A DNA stretch of 43,375 nt from Acidimicrobiales bacterium (GTDB taxonomy: Bacteria; Actinomycetota; Acidimicrobiia; Acidimicrobiales; RAAP-2), in the NCBI GenBank assembly GCA_035938575.1, contig DASZGT010000107.1, positions 1 through 43,375 on the forward strand. The letters are read 5' to 3'. How positions within the stretch are numbered: the stretch's first letter is position 1; each line of letters starts with the position of its first letter. Below are positions 8,171-15,428 of this stretch, piece by piece. A program made the translations under genes and the position numbers. A model generated the notes under the pieces. It was not told the origin of the DNA. It ran no database searches and was given only the letters and a program-made list of their open reading frames with translations.

Positions 8171-9679
8171 ATGACCGAAGTGACTGATCCGGCCGAGGCG
8201 CCGACCACACCGGCGGCGAGCGCGGAGCCCGATCCAAAACGTTGGTCGATCCTGGCGGTGGTCGTCATTGCCCAGCTGATGGTGGTCCTGGATGCGTCGA
8301 TCGTCACCATCGCCCTGCCCTCGGCCCAACGGGCGCTCAACATCTCGGTGGCCAACCGGCAATGGGTAATCACCGCCTACACCTTGGCCTTCGGTGGACT
8401 GCTCCTGCTGGGCGGTCGCATCGCCGACTTCGGAGGGCGCAAGCGGATGTTCATCGTCGGCCTCATCGGATTTGCGGGGGCGTCGGCGCTGGGTGGGCTG
8501 GCCGCGGACCAGGCCATGCTCTTCGGGGCCCGGGCGCTCCAGGGGGCGTTCGCGGCGGTGATGGCGCCTGCAGCACTGTCGTTGCTCACCATCACCTTCC
8601 GGGACGATCCGAAAGAGCGCGCCAAGGCGTTCGGTGCCTATGGAGCCGTATCCGGTGCCGGTGGTGCCATCGGTGTCCTGGCCGGCGGCGTCCTCACCCA
8701 GTACGCCTCGTGGCGGTGGTGCCTCCTGGTGAACGTGCCGATCGCCGTCCTCACCGCCTTTGCCGCCCTGCGGGTCGTCCACGAGAGCCGCGAAATCGGG
8801 ACAACCCGCTACGACATACCGGGCGCGCTGCTCTCCACCGCCGGCTTGGTCAGCCTGGTCTACGGCTTCACCAAAGCGGAGACCGACGGCTGGGCATCGA
8901 CCACCACGCTCATCCTCCTCAGCGTGGCCGCCGTCCTGCTGGCGGCCTTCGTCCTGGTCGAATCGCGCTCCAGCCACCCGCTCCTGCCCCTCCGGGTCAT
9001 GTCCGAGCGCAACCGGGCCGGTGCCTACCTGTCGGCCCTGCTGACCGGGGCCGGTCTCTTCGCCATGTTCGTCTTCCTCAGCTACTACATGCAGGGGGTC
9101 CTCCACTACTCGGCCCTGAAGGCCGGGGTTGCCTTCCTCCCGTTCGCGGCGGGCATCATCGCCGCCGCCGGGGCGTCCAGCAGCCTCGTCCCCCGGATCG
9201 GCCCCCGGATCCCGATGACCCTGGGTCTGGGGGTCGGCGCACTGGGATTGGCCTGGCTCACCCAGATCGGGGTCGGCACCTCCTACTGGACCCACGTGCT
9301 CCCGCCCGAGATCCTGATGAGCGTGGGCTTGGGGCTGGCCTTCCCCGCCCTCAGCAGCACGGCCCTGGTCAATGTCGGGGACAGGGACTCCGGGGTGGCC
9401 AGCGCCCTGGTGAACACCGCCCAACAGGTCGGAGGGTCGTTGGGGACCGCCCTGCTCAACACGGTGGCGGCCACGGCCACGGCCACCTACATCGCCTCCC
9501 ATGGACCGGCGCTGGCCCGCGCCGGGCTGGTCCACGGCTACTCGGTGGCCTTCGCCCTCGGAGCCGGCATGCTCGCCCTCGGGGCCATCGTGAGCGCGGT
9601 GTTCGTGACGGGTCAGTCGCGCCGGGGCGCGGTCGGCGGTCAGCCCCGGCAGGTGGCCGTCTCGCCCCAACCGGGATGA
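8171..9679 (+). CDS. MFS transporter, DHA2 (EmrB/QacA-like, 14-TMS) drug/metabolite exporter
   Basis: Track ORF 8102..9679 trimmed to ATG 8171, preceded by AGGAG. LDASIVTIALP and MFS motif A GGRIADFGGRKRMF are present. Hydrophobic segments run throughout, and the length (about 500 aa) fits the 14-TMS type. Confidence 0.9.
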   Translation: MTEVTDPAEAPTTPAASAEPDPKRWSILAVVVIAQLMVVLDASIVTIALPSAQRALNISVANRQWVITAYTLAFGGLLLLGGRIADFGGRKRMFIVGLIGFAGASALGGLAADQAMLFGARALQGAFAAVMAPAALSLLTITFRDDPKERAKAFGAYGAVSGAGGAIGVLAGGVLTQYASWRWCLLVNVPIAVLTAFAALRVVHESREIGTTRYDIPGALLSTAGLVSLVYGFTKAETDGWASTTTLILLSVAAVLLAAFVLVESRSSHPLLPLRVMSERNRAGAYLSALLTGAGLFAMFVFLSYYMQGVLHYSALKAGVAFLPFAAGIIAAAGASSSLVPRIGPRIPMTLGLGVGALGLAWLTQIGVGTSYWTHVLPPEILMSVGLGLAFPALSSTALVNVGDRDSGVASALVNTAQQVGGSLGTALLNTVAATATATYIASHGPALARAGLVHGYSVAFALGAGMLALGAIVSAVFVTGQSRRGAVGGQPRQVAVSPQPG

Positions 9680-9734
9680 TGCCAGGTTGACCTGAGGCCC
9701 GCGCCCGGCACGTCGGTGCCCGGGCCCGGTCCGG

Positions 9735-10085
9735 TCAGAGTTCGCCTCGGGCCTGCTTGGCCATCCGGGATGCCAGTTGCCGGGATACCCCGAAGGCCCG
9801 GGCGATGTCCCCGATGCTCATGCCCTCCTCGAGCCCGGCGACGGTGATCGAGAGTCGGAGTCGGTGACGACACTCCTCGAACTCGCTGAGGTGCTCGGTC
9901 ATCGCCAGACGCCTCTCGGCCGTGTTGAGGGCTCGCAACGCCTCATCGATTCCGACCCCCCGATCGAGCAGGTCGAGCCCCTTTTGCAAGCCCTTCCGGC
10001 TCTCCCGGATGAGGTCCCGGAGCTCCTGACCGGCCACCACGAGTCGCCCGACGTCGCGGGCGACATCATCACGCGACGAGGTCAC
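9735..10085 (-). CDS. small helix-turn-helix protein (116 aa), family not recognised
   Basis: Protein-like composition. C-terminal GMSIGDIARAFGVSRQLASRMAKQA looks like a classic HTH. GTG start, weak RBS. Confidence 0.55.
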   Translation of the reverse strand: MTSSRDDVARDVGRLVVAGQELRDLIRESRKGLQKGLDLLDRGVGIDEALRALNTAERRLAMTEHLSEFEECRHRLRLSITVAGLEEGMSIGDIARAFGVSRQLASRMAKQARGEL

Positions 10086-10204
10086 GCCGTGAGCCTATGC
10101 CCGCCGCCGGAGAAATCAAGGACCCCGGCGTCCCTTGGACGGACCCGTCGCCCTCCGGCGGATCGGCGCTCGCCCGATCCCCTCGCCAGGGGCGAGACTG
10201 GCTC

Positions 10205-11113
10205 ATGGCTGTCTTGGGATTGGGCCTGGCCGCGTTGGGTCGGCCCGGGTACCTGAACGTCGATCATGGCAGCGCCATCGGCCCGGACCGCTCGATCGAG
10301 GCGCTCCGGGAGCGATGTAGCCAGATGTGCGACGCGGCGTGGGAAGGCGGGATCCGTTGGTTCGACGCCGCTCGCTCCTACGGTCGGGCCGAGCAGTTCC
10401 TGGCTGAGTGGTTGGCCCGTCGCGCCATCGATCCGGGGCAGGTGGCGGTGTCATCGAAGTGGGGCTACACCTACACGGCGGACTGGAGGGTGGACGCGGA
10501 GGTCCACGAGGTGAAGGACCACTCGGCGGCGGCCCTGGCCCGCCAGTGGCCAGAGACCCAGGCGCTGCTCGGACCGTGGCTCCACCTGTACCAGGTCCAC
10601 TCCGCCACGCTGGAGTCGGGGATCCTCGGCGACGCCACCGCCCACGCGGCGCTGGCCCGGCTCGGGCTGCCCGTCGGGCTCAGCCTCAGCGGCCCGGATC
10701 AATCAGAGACCCTGCGTGCGGCCCTGTCCATCGAGGTCGACGGCACGACGCTGTTCTCCGCCGTCCAGGCGACCTGGAATCTCTTGGAGCCCTCGGTGGG
10801 CCCCATGCTGGCCCAGGCAAAGTCCGCCGGCTGGACCGTGATCGTCAAGGAGGCCCTGGCCAACGGGCGGCTCGCCACCCCCGGGCCTGCGACCGCGGCC
10901 CTCGGCAATCAGCCCGACGCCACTGCTCTGGCCGTGGCGCTGGCTCAGCCCTGGGCCGACGTCGTACTGTCCGGTGCGGCAACGGTCTCCCAGCTGCGAT
11001 CGAACCTCGGGGCGCTCGACGGCGCCCCGCCGCCGGACGGCGATCGACTCTCGACCCTGGCCCTCGACCCGCAGACCTACTGGGGTGAGCGCGCCGCCAT
11101 GCCGTGGACGTAG
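10205..11113 (+). CDS. aldo/keto reductase
   Basis: Track ORF 10097..11113. AKR-like features: LGLGLAALGRPGY.., FDAARSYGRAEQFL, SKWGY. ATG 10205 preferred, because ATG 10097 would leave only 11 bp to the divergent HTH gene. The longer form cannot be excluded. Confidence 0.85.
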   Translation: MAVLGLGLAALGRPGYLNVDHGSAIGPDRSIEALRERCSQMCDAAWEGGIRWFDAARSYGRAEQFLAEWLARRAIDPGQVAVSSKWGYTYTADWRVDAEVHEVKDHSAAALARQWPETQALLGPWLHLYQVHSATLESGILGDATAHAALARLGLPVGLSLSGPDQSETLRAALSIEVDGTTLFSAVQATWNLLEPSVGPMLAQAKSAGWTVIVKEALANGRLATPGPATAALGNQPDATALAVALAQPWADVVLSGAATVSQLRSNLGALDGAPPPDGDRLSTLALDPQTYWGERAAMPWT

Positions 11114-11490
11114 TGCTGAGCCGTCCCACGGGTTGACCACTGCGTAAGGACAAGCGAACCAGGGCGGCGCGTCGAGCGAACTCGCCCCCCAGGACGGGGA
11201 GGGAGGAGGCGGACGCCGCACCAAACGGAATGGGAGAGCGACCGGCATCTGTCGGCGGATGGGCAAGTCGCGGGACGAACTATTAGGTCAGCCTAACCCC
11301 TGCGACCGAGGCCGAACGGACCCTTGAGCCGTGAATCGGCCGGGCCCCGGTGAGCTCCGTATGACAACTCCGTCAAGCACCTCCCCCGAAGGTCGGGCCC
11401 TTCTCCCAACACAGCCTTCCCGAGCGCACCGAAGCAGATGCCGGGTCCGTGGGTAAGAATGCCGATGAGGGCAAGACACGGAGGTGGGCC

Positions 11491-11961
11491 ATGGGCAACG
11501 AGGTGACTGCGGGCGATGGCGTTCCGACGAGGATCGTGGTCGGGACCGACGGTTCGGAGACGGCGGAGCGGGCCGTCTGGAAGGCGACGGCCCTGGCCAA
11601 GGCGGTGGGGGCGGAACTGGTGGTCGTGTCCGCCTACCGCAATCGTGCGCCGGCCGTCCCGGCGGCGGGGGTCTCGTTGGATTCCGGATGGGCGGCGGCA
11701 GCCCATTCCGCGGCCGAGGACCACACCAACCAGGCCGTGGAGTCGGCCCGCTCCGCCGGTGTCCGATCGGCCTCCGGTCGGGCCGTGGCCGGCGAGCCCG
11801 CGGAGGTGCTCATCAAGGTCGTCGAGGACGAACAGGCCGACCTGCTCGTGGTCGGGTCGAAGGGGATGCAGTCCACGGCGCGTTTCCTGCTGGGCCCGAT
11901 CGCCAACCGGGTGTCCCACAAGGTCAATTGCGACCTGTTGATCGTCGAGACCAGCCACTGA
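11491..11961 (+). CDS. universal stress protein (UspA family)
   Basis: Track ORF 11449..11961 trimmed to ATG 11491, preceded by GGAGGTG. RIVVGTDGSETAERA.. and VVGSKGMQSTARFLLGPIANRVSHKVNCDLLIV match the USP fold pattern. Confidence 0.88.
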   Translation: MGNEVTAGDGVPTRIVVGTDGSETAERAVWKATALAKAVGAELVVVSAYRNRAPAVPAAGVSLDSGWAAAAHSAAEDHTNQAVESARSAGVRSASGRAVAGEPAEVLIKVVEDEQADLLVVGSKGMQSTARFLLGPIANRVSHKVNCDLLIVETSH

Positions 11962-12022
11962 ACTCTCTCGCGGCTGCCGGTCCCCACCATCCGGTCCGCC
12001 GGGGGGACACCGGGAATGGGTG

Positions 12023-15000
12023 TCAGTCCAGGCGTTGCAGCGCTTCGGCGGCCCGCCGTTCTACGTTCCCGTACCCGTTGGCGGCTGCGGCGGCCTGCGC
12101 CCTGGTCAGCAGTGTCCGGGCCTTGGCACTGTCGCCCGGCGCCCCGCGCTCAGCCAGCATCTTTCCCCAGGAGAGGTCGGTGCGGGCCGCGAAGAACTTG
12201 GCCCCCATGCGCTGACTGATGACGGCGGCCTGGTCGAAGTACGTGTCCGCCCGGTCGAACTCGCCGGTGACCGTGGCCAGGCCCCCGAGGTAGTGGCTGA
12301 CCGGGGCGAGGGCCGAAGCCCCAGTGGCGGGCAGCTGGGCGGCCCAGGGCTCGAGCTGCACGAAGAGGGCAGCGGCAGCGGCAACGTGCCGGCACTCGAT
12401 GGCAGCCTCGGCGAAGTCGACCATTCCCGTGAGCCACGTCTGGTCCAGGGGCAACTGGAACCCGGCGGCGGCGCCCTCCTCGAGCAGTTCGGCGGCGCGG
12501 TCGACTCGGTCTCCTTCGACGTGGGCCTTGGCCAGCAAGGACATGAAGAACATAGGCGGGATGTCCGGGGTCTCCGAAGCCATCTTCTCGATCAGCGGGA
12601 TGAGCTCGCTCTGCGTGCCCCGCTGGCCGCTCACGATGTTGAACTGGGCGCCGAAGATGACGGCGGCATCCGGCTGTCCCGTGTCGGTGCCGATCTGGAG
12701 CGCTTCCGTGGCGTGTTGCTCGGCCAGGTCGGTGTCCCCGGCGATCTGTGCCCGGAGGGAGCGCCTGAACCGGTTTCCCCAAGCCATGGCCGGCTGGTTG
12801 AGCTGCGCGGCCATGGCCTCGTGGATGGCGATGCACCGGTCCATCTCGTCGAGGTCCCCGGTCCGGGCCGCCGCTTCAGAGCGCCACTGTGCGGCCCAGA
12901 ACAGCAGGACGGGGTCGCCGATGCGCTCGGCTCGCACGAGGCCCTCGGCGGCCCGGGCCTGGGTCACCTCGAGCATGGACGGAACCTGGAGAGGAAGGTG
13001 CAGATGGTTGAGGACCCTCACCACGACAGCATCGTCGCCGGTTGCCTCGGCGATGGCGATGGCCTCCTCGGCCAACGCCCGCCGGCGGTCGAGCGGGCTG
13101 CCGTGGGCGAGCTCCGAGCACAGGGTGGCCAGCACCAGCGCCCGGTCAGGGTGGTCGGCGGGAAGCAGTTCGAGCGCCATCTCCAACGTCTCGACCTTTT
13201 CCCTGTCCGTGGCACCGACGGCGCTGTAGAAGCCGCGATCGTTGGCTAGGCAGGCCGCCACCAGCCGGTCGACATCGCCGATTCGGGCCGCCCGTCTTGC
13301 CGCGTCGAGAAGCGTGATCCGGAACGACGGGTCGCCGGTCTGCCGCTGTGAGGTCCCGAGCCCGATGGCCAGGTCGAGTAGCAGGACCGGATCCGTCTCG
13401 CCCGCCTCGACGCACAATTCGAGGGCAGTGGCGTAGTGACGGAGCGCGTCGTACGGGGCCAGCGACCGCAGGGCGTCGTCGGCAGCCAGGCGCGAGAAGT
13501 AGATGGCCTTCCGGATGTTGGCGGGCGGAGTGGCATTGATCCAGTGGTGGGCGAGCTCGCCCACCCGCGTGCCCGGGTGGTCGCCACAGAAGTCCTCCAA
13601 CGCCAGGGCGACGTGCTCGTGCGTGCGGGCCCGCCGGGTCGACCCGAGGCCCTCGTAGATCGTGCGCTGGACCAGCGCATGGCAGAAGTTGTACCGGCCC
13701 GGAGCGGCGTCGACCTCCTGCACCAGCGAAGAGGTGGCGGCTGACTCGAGGATGTCCAGCAGGCCGTCCACGTGGACCCGGGTTGCCCGCTCCAGGACGT
13801 CGAGGTCGAAGTCCCGGCCGATCACCGCCGCTGCGACTAGCACCCGCTCGGCATCGGCCCCGAGGCGCGCCACCCGACCGCCGATCACCTCGCGGACGCT
13901 GGCGGGCAGGGCCGTCTGGTCGAGCGTGCCGGTGCCGACCCAGTGACCGGCCTGGTCCTGGTGGATGGCACCGGTGTCCCGCAGATGACGGAGGACCTCG
14001 GTCACGAAGAACGGGTTGCCATCGGTCTCACGATGGACCACGTCGGCCAGGCCCACCCCGAATGCGTCGAGGCGGTGCCCCGCCGCCGCCTCCATCAACG
14101 CCTGCACGCCCGGCTCGTCCAGTCCGCCGAGCTCCAGGCGAGAGACACCCTTCTGGCGCCAGATCGACCCCAGCGTCTCGCGGAGGCCGGGGGCCTGGGG
14201 AAGCTCGCTGTCGCGGAAGGTTCCGAGCACCAACACCCGCATGGCCGGCTCCGCCGCCGTCACCTGGCGCAGCAGGGCCAGGCTCCCGCTGTCGGCCCAC
14301 TGGAGATCGTCGAGGACGAGAACGACGGGTTGCTCCCGTGAGAATTCGGTCAACAGCCCGACGGCTGCGGCGAACAGCAAGTAGCGCTCCGAGTCGGGGT
14401 CGGTGGCCTTCGACGGAGGCAGGTCGGGGATCCTGTCACGGAGCGCCGGCACCAGCCGCGCCCATTCGGACCCGAGGGCGCCCACCAGTGCACGCAGCCG
14501 GCTCTCGTCTGCATGGGCGACAACGGGGCCGAACGCCTCCGCGAAGAGCTGGTAGGGAGTGGCGAGGTCCTCCTCGCAGTGCCCGAACAGGACACAGGCT
14601 CCGTGGCCATAGGCGAGGCGGGACGCTTCAGCCACGAGGGTGCTCTTCCCCTGGCCCGCCTCGCCCGACACGAGCACCACCTCTCGTCCTCCACCGTCGA
14701 GGACACGCTGCCACGCGTCTCCCAACCGGGAGATCTCCGCTTCCCGACCGACCAGGTTCGCAGGGCCCACTGCGAGCCGCGGCGGGAGCGGGACGGCCGC
14801 TTCGGCACCGGCCACAGGCTCCCAGAGCACCTCTACTGTCTGGACCGGGTCACGCAGACCCTTGAGGGGGAGCTCTCCGAGCGCTCGGAAGTCGAGAGGG
14901 CTCCGCCGGCCTGCCATCAACCGAACCACGTCGGCAGCCAGGATTTGCGAGGGGTCGCAGGCGGCGCACAGGCGGGACGCCTCGACAACCGGGTCCCCGA

Positions 15001-15325
15001 AGTAGTCATCCTCCTCGCGGACCACCTCACCGCCGCTCAGTCCGACCCGCAGCCCGACCGAGTGCTCCCGATCACGGTTGTCCCGCTCGACGGCCTGCTG
15101 CATGGCGACCCCACAGGCCAGGGCGGCCGATGCCGACGAGAACACCGCCATGAGCCCATCGCCCAGGTTCTTGACCTCGACGCCGCCTGCGTGGGCCAGG
15201 GTCTGCCGCAGGACCGCGAAGTGGTCACGACGCACCTGGTCCGCCGCGTCAGGCGACAGGCGCTGCGACAACGCCGTCGAGTCCACCACATCGGTGAACA
15301 GGAGCGCTATGTGCTCGGTGGCCAC
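12023..15325 (-). CDS. class III adenylate/guanylate cyclase domain fused to a P-loop (AAA/STAND-type) ATPase and a long TPR-like helical repeat region
   Basis: 1100-aa ORF. GTG start preceded by GGAAGGAGG. Cyclase motifs LLFTDVVDST and KNLGDGLMAVF (metal Asp residues, Lys), DYFGDPVVEASRL, and LKGLRDPVQTVEV. Walker A VLVSGEAGQGKSTLV and Walker B VVLVLDDLQWAD. The C-terminal roughly 500 aa are helical-repeat-like. No LuxR-type HTH is visible at the C-terminus. Confidence 0.9.
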   Translation of the reverse strand: MATEHIALLFTDVVDSTALSQRLSPDAADQVRRDHFAVLRQTLAHAGGVEVKNLGDGLMAVFSSASAALACGVAMQQAVERDNRDREHSVGLRVGLSGGEVVREEDDYFGDPVVEASRLCAACDPSQILAADVVRLMAGRRSPLDFRALGELPLKGLRDPVQTVEVLWEPVAGAEAAVPLPPRLAVGPANLVGREAEISRLGDAWQRVLDGGGREVVLVSGEAGQGKSTLVAEASRLAYGHGACVLFGHCEEDLATPYQLFAEAFGPVVAHADESRLRALVGALGSEWARLVPALRDRIPDLPPSKATDPDSERYLLFAAAVGLLTEFSREQPVVLVLDDLQWADSGSLALLRQVTAAEPAMRVLVLGTFRDSELPQAPGLRETLGSIWRQKGVSRLELGGLDEPGVQALMEAAAGHRLDAFGVGLADVVHRETDGNPFFVTEVLRHLRDTGAIHQDQAGHWVGTGTLDQTALPASVREVIGGRVARLGADAERVLVAAAVIGRDFDLDVLERATRVHVDGLLDILESAATSSLVQEVDAAPGRYNFCHALVQRTIYEGLGSTRRARTHEHVALALEDFCGDHPGTRVGELAHHWINATPPANIRKAIYFSRLAADDALRSLAPYDALRHYATALELCVEAGETDPVLLLDLAIGLGTSQRQTGDPSFRITLLDAARRAARIGDVDRLVAACLANDRGFYSAVGATDREKVETLEMALELLPADHPDRALVLATLCSELAHGSPLDRRRALAEEAIAIAEATGDDAVVVRVLNHLHLPLQVPSMLEVTQARAAEGLVRAERIGDPVLLFWAAQWRSEAAARTGDLDEMDRCIAIHEAMAAQLNQPAMAWGNRFRRSLRAQIAGDTDLAEQHATEALQIGTDTGQPDAAVIFGAQFNIVSGQRGTQSELIPLIEKMASETPDIPPMFFMSLLAKAHVEGDRVDRAAELLEEGAAAGFQLPLDQTWLTGMVDFAEAAIECRHVAAAAALFVQLEPWAAQLPATGASALAPVSHYLGGLATVTGEFDRADTYFDQAAVISQRMGAKFFAARTDLSWGKMLAERGAPGDSAKARTLLTRAQAAAAANGYGNVERRAAEALQRLD

Positions 15326-15428
15326 CGACCTCCTTCCGCCAAGATGTCACCAAACTAGCCGCCGCCGGCTTCCGGCTGCCGAGCGAACCCCGGCGCGGTG
15401 CCGGACAACCGGCTGCTCCGAGCCCCGC

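Noticed and set aside
8114-9690. ORFs of 518 aa (minus strand) and 482 aa (plus strand, alternative frame) overlapping the MFS transporter gene
   Set aside because: Same high-GC shadow-ORF pattern. Only the 8171..9679 frame gives TM helices and MFS motif A.
11379-11393. C-rich-loop hairpin reminiscent of actinobacterial 6C RNA
   Set aside because: Only one short 4-bp stem with a 5-C loop is present. 6C RNA has two longer stem-loops with C-rich loops, so the evidence is insufficient.
12023-15325. Reading the cyclase protein as a Pycsar/CBASS-like antiphage signalling system
   Set aside because: No adjacent effector with a cNMP-binding, TIR, patatin or TM-pore domain is present. The Lys/Asp pair predicts purine (adenine) specificity. 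The cyclase-ATPase-TPR architecture is a widespread actinobacterial regulatory type. I kept it only as a generic signalling hypothesis.
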